Shown piece after piece: positions 18,802 through 28,418 of a stretch of 64,000 nt of DNA; positions within the stretch are counted from its first letter, which is position 1, and the number at the start of each line of letters is the position of its first letter. The DNA lies in the NCBI GenBank assembly GCA_044238145.1, contig JBIIDT010000004.1:2317-66316 (forward strand). The letters are read 5' to 3'. The DNA is from Pirellulales bacterium. Its GTDB lineage: Bacteria > Planctomycetota > Planctomycetia > Pirellulales > UBA1268. A model generated the notes under the pieces. That model was given only the letters and a program-made list of their open reading frames with translations. It was not told where the DNA came from and did not search any database. The position numbers and the translations under genes are program-made.

Positions 18802-18987
18802 GGTCGGCTCCTCGAATGACGGGTGGCGAGGGGAGTGGGGACGGCTGCAGCGTCGAGCCGTCAAAGTTCATCGGTCTTTCCCAGTCGACAATCGAGGAAG
18901 GGTTTGACGCCGCCCCATGGTTCCCGCCCTGGCGGCCGTTCGCGGTCGGTTTTGCCCCGGCCGTGGCGGATTGCGTAATCTGGGGGC

Positions 18988-21411
18988 ATGTCGCCCCTCC
19001 GTGGCCTCGTGGCGTTCCGTGCGGTGATCGTCGCCGCTGGCGCGATGTCGCTCGCTGCCGCGGCGGTGGCCGCCGACGTGCCCGTGTTCGCCGACGTCGC
19101 CCGGCAGCCCTTCGTGGCGGCCACCCGCCGGCTCGTCGAGGCGCTCGACCTCGCCGGCACGCCCCTCGCGGCCGCGGCGAAGGAGCGGATCGACGCGGCC
19201 GCCAAGGAGCCCGACGACGCGCAGGCCTTGCGGGCCATCCAGGATGTGCTCGACCCGCTCTGTCTCGCCGTCGTCACGATCAACCCCGAGAGCCGCGTGA
19301 AGGTGGCCGAGGGCCCGGCCCCGAAGGAGCTCATGGAGCAGGGCTGGCGGACGTTCCTCGTCAAGGTGCGGAACGAGGCGGGCGTGAATCCTCCCCTGCG
19401 GGTCGCGAGCCCCAACGCCCTGAAGATGACCGCGCAGGGTCGTTGGCCGCGGCAGCGGCCGCAGACCGACGAGAAGCTCGTCGACCCCGCCGATCTCCCG
19501 GACCGGTTCCTCGAACTTGCCCTGCCGGCCCGGGAGCCACTCAAGCCTGCGCTCTCGGGGCTCGAGGTCGAGTATCGGCCGGTCGAGGTCTTCTGTCGCG
19601 ATGTGGGGTCGCGTGAGGCCACGCTCCAGTTCGACATCGGCGCGGGCACGCAGGACGTCGGCTTCCGCAGCGAGATTCCCGTCCTCTTCAAGGCCGTGCC
19701 GGCCGTGAAGGTGACGCTGCGGGTCGCGGACGTCGACGGCAAGCCGACGATCGCCGCGTTCACGATCCGCGACGGCCTCGGCCGGGTGTACCCGCTGCCC
19801 TCCCGGCGGCTCGCTCCCGACTTCTTCTTCCACGAGCAGGTCTACCGGGCCGATGGCGAGCACGTGCTCCTGCCCCCGGGGGACTACACGTTCGTGGTGA
19901 CGCGGGGGCCCGAGTATCGCCGGCAGGAGTTCTCCGTGCGGGTGCCGGAGGCGGCCGCCCACGCGGTCGACGTGAAGCTCGAACGCTGGCTCCACGCCGC
20001 GGCCCGCGGCTGGCACTCAGGCGACCACCACGTGCATGCCGCCGGGTGCTCGCACTACGACAGCCCCACCGAGGGCGTGGGGCCCGAGGCCATGATGCGG
20101 CACGTCCGCGGCGAGGACCTGGCCGTGGGCTGCGTGCTCTCCTGGGGGCCGTGCTGGTACACGCAGAAGCAGTTCTTCGACGGCCGCGTGTCGGCCCTCT
20201 CGGCCCGCGACTCGCTCCTGCGGTACGACGTCGAGGTGAGCGGCTTTCCCTCGTCGCACTGCGGGCACCTCTGCCTGCTGCGGCTCACCGAGGACGACTA
20301 TCCGGGCACGACGAAGCTGGAGGAGTGGCCGAGCTGGACGCTGCCGGTGCTGCGCTGGGCGAAGGGGCAGGGGGCCGTCGTCGGCTACAGCCACAGCGGC
20401 CTCGGGCTCGGCACGCCGGACGTGATGCCCGACGGCTCGCGGGCGGTGCCCCCGGTGGGAGGCTTCGGCCGCGCGGCGGACTGGAAGATCACCGCGCCGG
20501 AATGGCAGGGGCGGGCGGCGACGGCGATTCCGGACGAGGCCATGCCGCGGTTCGACGGGATTGGCGCCAACGAGTTCATCGTCACCGGGGCGCTCGACGC
20601 CTGCGACTTCATCTCGGTGGGTGACACGCCGCCGGTCTGGGAACTCTCGATCTGGTACCACGCGCTCAACTGCGGCCTGACCACGCGGATCAGCGGTGAG
20701 ACCGACTTCCCGTGCATCTACGACGAGCGGGTCGGCCTCGGCCGGGCCTACGTGGGCCTGGGCACGGGCGAACTCACCTACGACGCCTGGATCGAGGGCC
20801 TGCGCGACGGTCGCAGCTACTGCGGCGACGGCCGCTCGCACCTCCTCGACTTCGCCGTCGGAGGCCGGGGCGTGGGCACCCGCGGTGCGGACGGCGCCGT
20901 AAGTCGGCTCGACCTCGCCGCGCCCGGCGAGGTCGAAGTCACGTTCGCGGCCGCGGCCCTGCTCGCCGCGGAGCCGACGGCCGAGACGGAGGCCATCCGC
21001 GGCACGCGGCCCGACCAGAAGCCGTTCTGGCACGTGGAGCGGGCCCGGATCGGCGGCACGCGCAAGGTGCCCGTCGAGATCGTCGTCAATGGCCGCGTCG
21101 CCGCGACGCGGGAACTCGTCGCCGACGGCCACGTCGAGGACTTCCGCGTGCCGGTGACGATCGACCGCTCGTCATGGGTCGCCGTGCGGATCCTCCCGTC
21201 GTCCCACACGAATCCCGTCTTCGTCCACGTGGGCGGCAAGCCGATCCGTGCCAGCCGGCGCAGCGCCGCCTGGTGCGAGCGGGCGGTCGACGTTTGCTGG
21301 ACGGCGAAGCACGAGAACATCCAGCCCGCCGAGCGGGACGCCGCCCGGGCCGCCTACGACGAGGCCCGGGCGTTCTACGCCAGGGTCCGCGGCGAGTCGT
21401 CCGCCGACTAA
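18988..21411 (+). CDS. Secreted putative PHP-type (CehA/McbA-like) metallohydrolase
   Basis: Signal peptide MSPLRGLVAFRAVIVAAGAMSLAAAAVAA. A carboxypeptidase-regulatory-like beta segment (VTLRVADVDGKPTIAAFTIRDG). Then WHSGDHHVHAAGCSHYD and SGETDFP, as seen in CehA/McbA-family PHP hydrolases. Family assignment is from memory of motifs only. Confidence 0.55.
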   Translation: MSPLRGLVAFRAVIVAAGAMSLAAAAVAADVPVFADVARQPFVAATRRLVEALDLAGTPLAAAAKERIDAAAKEPDDAQALRAIQDVLDPLCLAVVTINPESRVKVAEGPAPKELMEQGWRTFLVKVRNEAGVNPPLRVASPNALKMTAQGRWPRQRPQTDEKLVDPADLPDRFLELALPAREPLKPALSGLEVEYRPVEVFCRDVGSREATLQFDIGAGTQDVGFRSEIPVLFKAVPAVKVTLRVADVDGKPTIAAFTIRDGLGRVYPLPSRRLAPDFFFHEQVYRADGEHVLLPPGDYTFVVTRGPEYRRQEFSVRVPEAAAHAVDVKLERWLHAAARGWHSGDHHVHAAGCSHYDSPTEGVGPEAMMRHVRGEDLAVGCVLSWGPCWYTQKQFFDGRVSALSARDSLLRYDVEVSGFPSSHCGHLCLLRLTEDDYPGTTKLEEWPSWTLPVLRWAKGQGAVVGYSHSGLGLGTPDVMPDGSRAVPPVGGFGRAADWKITAPEWQGRAATAIPDEAMPRFDGIGANEFIVTGALDACDFISVGDTPPVWELSIWYHALNCGLTTRISGETDFPCIYDERVGLGRAYVGLGTGELTYDAWIEGLRDGRSYCGDGRSHLLDFAVGGRGVGTRGADGAVSRLDLAAPGEVEVTFAAAALLAAEPTAETEAIRGTRPDQKPFWHVERARIGGTRKVPVEIVVNGRVAATRELVADGHVEDFRVPVTIDRSSWVAVRILPSSHTNPVFVHVGGKPIRASRRSAAWCERAVDVCWTAKHENIQPAERDAARAAYDEARAFYARVRGESSAD

Positions 21412-21460
21412 GCCGCATCTGGTTTTCGTGGAGCGACGAGTTGGCCGTTTGGATGAGGTA

Positions 21461-21541
21461 GGCGAGGGGGTCGGCGAACGCTCGACGAGCGTGGGGCGTA
21501 TCCTCGCCCCAGCGAGGAGACTTTTGCCGCCCCCGAGCCGG
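21461..21541. repeat. Family-2 intergenic hairpin repeat (reverse orientation)
   Basis: Its reverse complement matches the arms of 9073-9155 almost base for base. The centre is a different self-complementary sequence, TGGGGCG-TATCCT-CGCCCCA (21492-21511). Confidence 0.6.
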
Positions 21542-21589
21542 TGCTCCACCAAAGTCAAATGCATTCTACAGGGCGATCGGCGGGGGCGG

Positions 21590-22324
21590 TCATCGGCCCG
21601 GCTTCGTGGGTGCCGGCAGGGGCCGGCGTGCCACCACCGCGCCGTGCGCCAGCTCGATGACGGAGTCGCATTCCCGGGCGATGAGGTCCGCCGAATGGGA
21701 GGCGAGCACGAGGATGCCGGTCGAGCGGATCAGCTCCCGCAGTCGGATCGCCCCCCGCTCGCGGAAGTCCGCGTCACCCACCGCCAGCCACTCGTCCATG
21801 AGCACGATGTCGGCCGCGAAGCTGGTCACGATCGAGAAGGCGAGCCGCATCAGCATGCCGGTCGAGTAGGTTCGCACCGGCATCGCCAGGTAGTCGCCGA
21901 GGCCGCTGAACTCGGCGATCCCGGGCGTGAGGCGGAGCACCTCGGCCCGAGAAACCCCGTGAATCAGCCCGCGAATGAGTATGTTTTCGTAGCCGGTGGC
22001 GTCCCGCTCGATGCCGAGGGCGGGGTTCACCAGGCTCGACACGCGGCCCCGGCGGAGGACGCGGCCCCGCACCGGCTGGTAGACGCCGGCCATCACCTGC
22101 AGGAGCGTCGACTTGCCGGCGCCGTTGTGGCCCATGATGCCGAGTCGGTCGCCCCCGGCGAGGTGCAGCGACACGTCGCGAAGGGCCTGCACCACCGTCA
22201 CGCCGGTGTCCCGGCCGATCCGCCCGCCCGTGGCGGCGGCGGCGAGCGTCGACTTCAGCGACGTGGCGTGGATCCCGAAGATCGGGAACTCCACCGTCAC
22301 GTTGTCGAGCACGAGTTCGGCCAT
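21590..22324 (-). CDS. Polysaccharide/O-antigen-type ABC exporter, ATP-binding protein (Wzt/KpsT/TagH-like)
   Basis: Walker A GHNGAGKSTLL, signature YSTGMLMRL, Walker B IVLMDEW. 244 aa, 4 nt downstream of an ABC-2 permease gene. Confidence 0.85.
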   Translation of the reverse strand: MAELVLDNVTVEFPIFGIHATSLKSTLAAAATGGRIGRDTGVTVVQALRDVSLHLAGGDRLGIMGHNGAGKSTLLQVMAGVYQPVRGRVLRRGRVSSLVNPALGIERDATGYENILIRGLIHGVSRAEVLRLTPGIAEFSGLGDYLAMPVRTYSTGMLMRLAFSIVTSFAADIVLMDEWLAVGDADFRERGAIRLRELIRSTGILVLASHSADLIARECDSVIELAHGAVVARRPLPAPTKPGR

Positions 22325-22328
22325 CCGG

Positions 22329-23135
22329 TCAGATCCAGTACACGACCCGGCGCCGGCAGGTCGCGTAGAGCGTCGCGGCGGCGGCCACCACGAGGGTGGT
22401 GAACAGGGCCAGAAACCGCCACGTGCCCGGGGCCGGCGTCGCGCCGAGCAGCGGCAGGCGGACCACGTCGAGCAGCTGGGCGAGCGGGTTCCAGAGCACG
22501 TATCGCGCCCGGCCCTGCAAGCTGTCGGGCATCCAGAAGACGGGCGTGAGGAACATCAGGAACTGCATCGCCGCGCCGGCGATCGGCGCCACGTCGCGGA
22601 ACCGCGCGGTGGCGATGCCGAGGATCGTCATGATGGCGTGCAGGTTGACGAGCAGGATGAGCAGTCCCGGCAGCACGAGGAGCATCCGCGGCGTGGGCGT
22701 GATCCCCGCCCAGATCGCGACCGGCACGTAGAGCACGAGGTGGTGGGCGAACTGGATCGCGAGCCGGGCCAGGCTCCGCCACACGAAGGCGCTGAGCGGA
22801 AAGGCCGCCTGCTTGAGGTAGGGGGCGGCCGCGATGAACACCTGGCAGCCGTCGGTGACGGCCCCCACGAGGAAGTGCCAGACGATCACGCCCAGGGCGA
22901 GGTGCGGGTAGAACCGCCGCAGGGGAACGGCGAACAGGACCGCGTAGAGCGGCCCCATGCCCAGGAGCAGCAGCCCCATGCTGAGCGTGATCCACAGCGG
23001 CCCGAGGAGCGACCGGCGGTAGCGGAGCACGGTGTCGAACCAGGCGAGCGTGCCCCACAGCCCGATCTGCCGCGTGCCGGCGAGCCAGTCGGCGAAGGGG
23101 CCGTCGACGGTGCTGTGGGTGGCCGGAACGGTCAT
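22329..23135 (-). CDS. Polysaccharide ABC-2 type exporter permease (Wzm/KpsM-like)
   Basis: The start MTVPATHSTVDGPFADW (ATG complement at 23135) is in frame with track ORF 22329..23315. Motifs: RYRRSLLGPLWITL and FRDVAPIAGAAMQFLMFLTPVFW. Six hydrophobic segments. Confidence 0.8.
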   Translation of the reverse strand: MTVPATHSTVDGPFADWLAGTRQIGLWGTLAWFDTVLRYRRSLLGPLWITLSMGLLLLGMGPLYAVLFAVPLRRFYPHLALGVIVWHFLVGAVTDGCQVFIAAAPYLKQAAFPLSAFVWRSLARLAIQFAHHLVLYVPVAIWAGITPTPRMLLVLPGLLILLVNLHAIMTILGIATARFRDVAPIAGAAMQFLMFLTPVFWMPDSLQGRARYVLWNPLAQLLDVVRLPLLGATPAPGTWRFLALFTTLVVAAAATLYATCRRRVVYWI

Positions 23136-23292
23136 CGCTGGGCTGCCGGGAATCCGCGGGCCGCCCCGGTGGCGGCGGCTGCATGGCCGGGGTACCGTGC
23201 AGGAGCGTCCCGCGCGAACCCGACCGCGACAGTAGGCCGGAGGGTGAAGCGGGTCAAGCGACCGCGCCCCGATCGCAGGCCAGGGACCGCCC

Positions 23293-24276
23293 GTGACCGC
23301 CCCCGTGACCGTCATCGTGGTGACCCGCGACTCCGCAGCCCACGTGCGCCGCTGCCTGGAATGCCTCGCCGCACAGACGCGGCCGGCGGAACGGATCCTG
23401 GTCTACGACAACGCCAGCGGCGACGGCTCGGCTGCCGTCGCCGAGGCCGCGATCGCCGCCGACGAGCGGCTGCGCCGCCGGGCCGAGGTGCGGCGGCTCG
23501 ACGCCAACCTGGGGTTCGCCGCGGCGAACAACCTGGGGATCGCCGCCGCCTCGACGCCGCTCGTGGCGTTGCTCAACCCCGACGCCTTCCCCGAGCCCGC
23601 CTGGCTCGAGCGGCTCAACGCCGCCGCCGCGGCGCACCCCGGCGCGGCCGCGTTCGGGTCGCGGCAGATGATCGCGGAGCGTCCCGGGATCGTCGACGGC
23701 CTCGGCGACCGCTGCCACGTCAGCGGCCTCGTGTGGCGCAGCGGTCACGGCCGCCGGCTCGCGGCGGACGACCTCCGCGACGCGGACATCTTCTCCCCCT
23801 GCGCCGCCGCGGCGCTGTACCGCACCGCCGCGGTCCGGGGCGTCGGCGGCTTCGACGAGTCTTTTTTCTGCTATGTCGAGGACGTGGATCTCGGCTTCCG
23901 TCTCCGGCTCGCCGGGCATGCGGCCCGCCTCGTGCCCGACGCGGTCGTGCACCACGTCGGCGGCGGCAGCGCGGCCGGGGGCGGCGACCGGACCGCGGTG
24001 CTCCTCGGCCATCGCAATCTCGTCTGGTGCTACGTCAAAAACATGCCGCTGCCGCTGCTGGTGGCGTTTTTGCCGCTGCACGTGCTGCACGGTATCCTCG
24101 CGGGGCTGGTGCTCGCCTGTCGCGGCCAGGCCGTCACGTTCCTGCGGGCGAAGTGGGCGGCGGTCCGCGGCCTGCCCGGCGTCTGGCGGCGGCGGGCGGA
24201 GGTGCAGGCCCTGCGGACGGCCTCCACGGCCGCGATCCTCCGGGCCCTGGACACGAGCCTGTTCGTCCGCCGTTAG
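23293..24276 (+). CDS. Family 2 glycosyltransferase
   Basis: GTG start. VTVIVVTRDSAAHVRRCLECLAAQT...ILVYDNASGDGS, NLGFAAANN and ALLNPDAFP (DxD-type region). GT2/rhamnosyltransferase-like architecture. Confidence 0.85.
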   Translation: MTAPVTVIVVTRDSAAHVRRCLECLAAQTRPAERILVYDNASGDGSAAVAEAAIAADERLRRRAEVRRLDANLGFAAANNLGIAAASTPLVALLNPDAFPEPAWLERLNAAAAAHPGAAAFGSRQMIAERPGIVDGLGDRCHVSGLVWRSGHGRRLAADDLRDADIFSPCAAAALYRTAAVRGVGGFDESFFCYVEDVDLGFRLRLAGHAARLVPDAVVHHVGGGSAAGGGDRTAVLLGHRNLVWCYVKNMPLPLLVAFLPLHVLHGILAGLVLACRGQAVTFLRAKWAAVRGLPGVWRRRAEVQALRTASTAAILRALDTSLFVRR

Positions 24277-24371
24277 AGCCTCGTATCTCGCTCGTGCGAC
24301 GCCTTGGTGAACCGAATGCGGAACGCGATTGGGGGGCGCCCTTCGGTCAGGTGCGATCCAGCGGTGCACCC

Positions 24372-25349
24372 ATGGCCGTGAACGTCCGCGATCCGCAGCC
24401 CGTGTCGGTCGTGATCGTCAACTACAACGCCGGTCACCTGCTCGGCGACTGCCTCGCGGCCGCCCTCGCCCAGTGCCGCGAGGTGATCCTCGTCGACAAC
24501 GCCTCCGCGGCGCCGGCGCTCGAGTCGGTACTCGGCCGCTTCGCCGGTGAGCCGCGGCTCGTGGTCGTCCGCTCGGCGACGAACCGGGGCTTCGCGGTCG
24601 GCTGCAACCTCGGGCTCGCCCGAGCCGGCGAGCCGATCATCCTGTTTCTCAACCCCGACTGCATCCTCGCCGCCGGCGCCGTGGCGGCGCTGGTCGCCGC
24701 GCTCCGTTCCGAACCGCGGGTGGGCATGGTGGGCGGCCTGCTCACCGACGCCGCCGGGCGGGAGCAGGGGGGATCGCGGCGGACCGTGCCCACGCCGTGG
24801 CGGTCGTTCGTCCGGGCCTTCGGACTGTCGCGGTTCGCGGACCGCTGGCCGCGGCTGTTCGCCGACTACGACCTCCACCGCCGGCCGCTGCCGCGGGGGC
24901 CGATCGACGTCGAGGCGGTGTCGGGCGCCTGCACCATGGTGTCGCGGGCCGCGGTCGCCGAGGTCGGCGGCTGGGACGAGGGTTTCTTCCTGCACTGCGA
25001 GGATCTCGACCTGTGCATGCGGTTCCGGGCACGGGGCTGGCGGATCCTGTTCGTACCCGGGGCCCGGGCGGTCCACCACCGCGGGCTGTGCGGCCGGTCG
25101 CGGCCGCTGCGGGTCGAGTGGCACAAGCACGCCGGCATGATCCGCTTCTACGCCAAGCACTTCCGCCACCAGTACCCGTTCGGGCTCATGGCCCTGGTGA
25201 CGGTCGGCGTCTGGCTGCGGTTCGCCGCCATCGCAACGCGGCTGTGCGTCGCCCGCGTCGCCCGGGCTGTCGCGGCGGCCGGGGCCTGGGTCGCCTCCGG
25301 TGGCCGGCGGCCGGAAGATCGTTTTTCCCGGGCCGGCAGACTATCCTGA
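24372..25349 (+). CDS. Family 2 glycosyltransferase (second copy) with C-terminal hydrophobic tail
   Basis: In-frame ATG at 24372 within track ORF 22113..25349. Motifs: VSVVIVNYNAGHLLGDCLAAAL...VILVDNAS, NRGFAVGCNLG, LFLNPDC, FFLHCEDLDLCMR. Confidence 0.85.
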   Translation: MAVNVRDPQPVSVVIVNYNAGHLLGDCLAAALAQCREVILVDNASAAPALESVLGRFAGEPRLVVVRSATNRGFAVGCNLGLARAGEPIILFLNPDCILAAGAVAALVAALRSEPRVGMVGGLLTDAAGREQGGSRRTVPTPWRSFVRAFGLSRFADRWPRLFADYDLHRRPLPRGPIDVEAVSGACTMVSRAAVAEVGGWDEGFFLHCEDLDLCMRFRARGWRILFVPGARAVHHRGLCGRSRPLRVEWHKHAGMIRFYAKHFRHQYPFGLMALVTVGVWLRFAAIATRLCVARVARAVAAAGAWVASGGRRPEDRFSRAGRLS

Positions 25350-25422
25350 CGGCGAGGGCTCGTCCTCGCCGGCGCCGCACGACGTGCGGCGCCACCGCGT
25401 CCCACGAGGTCACCGCTCCGCG

Positions 25423-26346
25423 ATGCCCGCCGTCGTCACTAGGGTGAGTCCAGCCCCGCTTCCCGCGGCTGCCGCACGACCGGCGGGGTTCACGCTCGTG
25501 GAACTGGTGGTGGTGATGGTGGTCGTCGGCACGCTGCTCGCCGTGCTCCTGCCCGCCGTGCAGCGGGTCCGCGAGGCGGCCCGGCAGGCCGCCTGCCGGA
25601 CGAACCTCCGCAACATCGGGATCGGGCTGGCGAACTACGAGTCGTCGCAGCGCCGCTTTCCACTCGGTTGCGACCACCTGTCGAAACTCGATCACGCCTG
25701 GTCTTCGTTCATCCTGCCCCATCTGGAAGAAGGGGCCGTGGCGGCGCGGATCGACTATAAGAAGCCGTGGGACGACGAGCCCCGCGACGGGTCGCCCGGC
25801 AATCGCGCGGCGGCGGACCTGGCCGTGCCCGTCTACGTGTGCGCCGCGGCGATCGTGCCCTATCCGGGAAAGCAGGACTATTTCGGCATCGCCGGCATCG
25901 GCCTCGGGGCCCCGGGCGTGCCGACCGCCGACTACGATCCCGGCCCGGCGGCGACGCGGATTCCGCCTCCGCAGTGGCCGACGTGCGGCATGCTCTACCA
26001 GAGCGACGCGGCGAATCCGCGCGGCGTGCGGGCCGCGACCGTCACCGACGGTCTGAGCCGGACGCTGCTCGTCGCCGAATCGACCGACCAGGGGGTGCCG
26101 CTCGGCGAGCTCGAGAACCCTGGGGCCGCGAGCACGTTCGGCCGGTGGGCGACCGCATCGAGCTACCTGCTCAACAAGAAAGTCATCAACGACAGCCGCG
26201 GCGAGGCCTTTTTCAGCAATCACCCCGGCCTGCTCTTCGCCCTGTTCGCCGACGGTCACGTCGCCCCGCTGGACGACGCGGTCGACCCCGAGGTGCTGGG
26301 GGCGATTTGCACGCGAAATGGTGGCGAAATGGCCGTTGTGCCCTGA
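25423..26346 (+). CDS. DUF1559 / HX9DG-motif protein with prepilin-type N-terminal methylation domain (pseudopilin-like)
   Basis: The ATG at 25423 is in frame with track ORF 25300..26346. GFTLVELVVVMVVVGTLLAVLLPAVQRVREAARQAACRTNLRNIGIGLANY, plus C-terminal NHPGLLFALFADGHV (His, 9 residues, then Asp-Gly). Confidence 0.85.
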   Translation: MPAVVTRVSPAPLPAAAARPAGFTLVELVVVMVVVGTLLAVLLPAVQRVREAARQAACRTNLRNIGIGLANYESSQRRFPLGCDHLSKLDHAWSSFILPHLEEGAVAARIDYKKPWDDEPRDGSPGNRAAADLAVPVYVCAAAIVPYPGKQDYFGIAGIGLGAPGVPTADYDPGPAATRIPPPQWPTCGMLYQSDAANPRGVRAATVTDGLSRTLLVAESTDQGVPLGELENPGAASTFGRWATASSYLLNKKVINDSRGEAFFSNHPGLLFALFADGHVAPLDDAVDPEVLGAICTRNGGEMAVVP

Positions 26347-26465
26347 CGCAGGTGGCCGCCGCGGCGTTCCGGTTGCACCGGTTGGGGCAGATGGGTAATC
26401 TTCCGGTAGGTCTGGTGGCTGGATTTCGCCCTCGTTTCTCCTGTCATTCTCGGAGTTCACGACTC

Positions 26466-26813
26466 ATGCATTCCTTCCTCGTTCATCGTCGCTGGCTGGC
26501 GGGTGTGGCGGCCATCGCGCTCCTGGCCGCGTTTTCGGCCCCGGCACTCGCCAACGGCAGCAGTTCGAAGTCCAAGGTCAACGTCCGCGTGAAGAACTTC
26601 CGCGCGAGTCCCGTCAACGTGGCAGTCGCCAACAAGAACCCGACGGCCTTCCGCGGCCTCAGCTCGCTGCAGGCCACGCAGTTCCAGGTGAACAAGGGAA
26701 CTTTCCGGGTGAACGACCAGGTCACCACGGCCACGTTCAACTCCGGGAATCGGAAGACGGTGTACATCGCCCTCACCGACTCCGGGATCGAGGACACGAC
26801 GACCCAGTTCTGA
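26466..26813 (+). CDS. Small secreted hypothetical protein (Asn/Lys/Thr-rich beta-type)
   Basis: The ATG at 26466 is in frame with track ORF 25767..26813. Signal peptide MHSFLVHRRWLAGVAAIALLAAFSAPALA. Noticeably lower GC than its neighbours by eye. Stop lies 3 nt before the lnt ATG. Confidence 0.5.
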   Translation: MHSFLVHRRWLAGVAAIALLAAFSAPALANGSSSKSKVNVRVKNFRASPVNVAVANKNPTAFRGLSSLQATQFQVNKGTFRVNDQVTTATFNSGNRKTVYIALTDSGIEDTTTQF

Positions 26814-26816
26814 GCG

Positions 26817-28418
26817 ATGCAGCAGCGAGGGCGCCGCCGCGCGGTCTCCATCGCCGCGGCCGCTATCACGGCCATCGCCGTGGCGGTGCTCGTCGCCGGT
26901 CCCTGGCTGCGGCAGGAACTCGTGGCGTCGGCCATCGCGGGCGTTGCTGCCGCGTTGTTGCTCGTGAGGCGGCTGCGCGGCTGGGTCGGCGAGCTGGCGG
27001 GCCTGCTCGCGGCCGCCCTCGCCCTGGCGATCGCCTTCCACTGGTCGCCCGGTGCCCTCGCCCACGCGATGGGCACGAGCCATCCCATCGGCCTGGCCTT
27101 CACGGTGCCGATCGTGGCCTGGGACGCGGTGCGGCTGGTCGCCCCCTTCTGGCTCGCGGCCCGGCTCGTCGACGATCCCCGCGACGCCTGGCTGCCGGCG
27201 GCGTTGACGGCGGTCGTCACCGAGGCGGTGGTGCCGGCGATCTTTCCCTGGAAGCTGGGCTACACGCTGCTGGCCTGGCCGGTCGCGGTGCAGGCGGTCG
27301 ACCTGTGCGGCACCGAGTGGGCGTCGTTCGTGCTCTTCGCGCACGCCGGTGCCCTCGTGGCGGCGGTCGCGGCCCTCGATCTGCGGCTCGGGGGCGGCCG
27401 CCTGCTCGATCCCTCCCGCCGGTCCCGTGGTTGGACGCCGGTCGGGTGCGCGGCGGTCGCCGTCGTGGTGGCGAACGCGGCCTATGGCTGGTGGGCGATC
27501 GCGGCGTGGACTGCGGCAGGCTCAGCCGCGCCCCGGTTCCGCGTGGCGCTCGTGCAGGCCGACCCGTCGGCGGACGAGGCGCTGCTCGGCTTTCAGCGGC
27601 TCACGAGGCAGGCCTGTGCCGACGGCGGCTTCGACCTCGTGTGCTGGCCGGAATGCAGCGGCGGATCGTACGAGGCCTGCCTGGAGAGCTTCGCCGACGA
27701 GGGGCTGCTCCGGCGGCACTCGCGTGAGCCACGGCGCGGCGTCCAGCCGCTCGCCGACGCCACCTGCCCGCTCCTCTTCGGGGGCCAGATCTACGAGGGC
27801 CTGCCCGAGAAGCCACGGCGGCTCTACCAGGCCGCGATCCTCATGGACCGCTCCCAGTTGCTGGCTGGGGCCTACCACAAGCGGCACCTGATGCCCTTCG
27901 GCGAGTACGTGCCGTGGGCGGAGCAGTTCCCCGAACTGCGGCTCTACTTCCCCGCGGCGGAGGACTTCAACACCGGCCGTCAGGCGACGGTGCTCGGCGC
28001 CGGACCGGCCCGTATCGGCCCGCTCCTGTGCTACGAGGACATGGTGCCGGCGGCCGCGGCGTCGCTCGTGCGCAACTCCGCCAACCTGCTGGTCTCGCTC
28101 GTCAACGGCGCGTTCTTCACTGAGCCGGTGACGCTCTCCCAGCATCGGCTGCTCGCCCAGCTGCGGGCGGTGGAGAACCGGCGCTGCCTTCTGCGCTGTG
28201 CGGCGACGGGCGAGACCTGCGTCGTGTCGCCACTCGGCACGGTCACCGACCGGCTGCCGCTGCACGCCGTGGGCGTGCTCGCCGCCGAAGTGCCCCTGCT
28301 CGAGGCGGTGACGCCGGCCACCCGCTTTCCGGCGGCGTTTCCCCTGGCCTGCGGGCTCGGGCTGGCGGTCGTGGTGATCAGGCGTCGGCGGGTCGGCCGC
28401 GGGAGACCGAACGCGTGA
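26817..28418 (+). CDS. lnt: Apolipoprotein N-acyltransferase
   Basis: N-terminal polytopic membrane region, then a CN-hydrolase domain: VALVQAD, DLVCWPECSG (catalytic Glu), YHKRHLMPFGEYVP (Lys), LLCYEDMVP (Cys). Confidence 0.85.
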   Translation: MQQRGRRRAVSIAAAAITAIAVAVLVAGPWLRQELVASAIAGVAAALLLVRRLRGWVGELAGLLAAALALAIAFHWSPGALAHAMGTSHPIGLAFTVPIVAWDAVRLVAPFWLAARLVDDPRDAWLPAALTAVVTEAVVPAIFPWKLGYTLLAWPVAVQAVDLCGTEWASFVLFAHAGALVAAVAALDLRLGGGRLLDPSRRSRGWTPVGCAAVAVVVANAAYGWWAIAAWTAAGSAAPRFRVALVQADPSADEALLGFQRLTRQACADGGFDLVCWPECSGGSYEACLESFADEGLLRRHSREPRRGVQPLADATCPLLFGGQIYEGLPEKPRRLYQAAILMDRSQLLAGAYHKRHLMPFGEYVPWAEQFPELRLYFPAAEDFNTGRQATVLGAGPARIGPLLCYEDMVPAAAASLVRNSANLLVSLVNGAFFTEPVTLSQHRLLAQLRAVENRRCLLRCAATGETCVVSPLGTVTDRLPLHAVGVLAAEVPLLEAVTPATRFPAAFPLACGLGLAVVVIRRRRVGRGRPNA

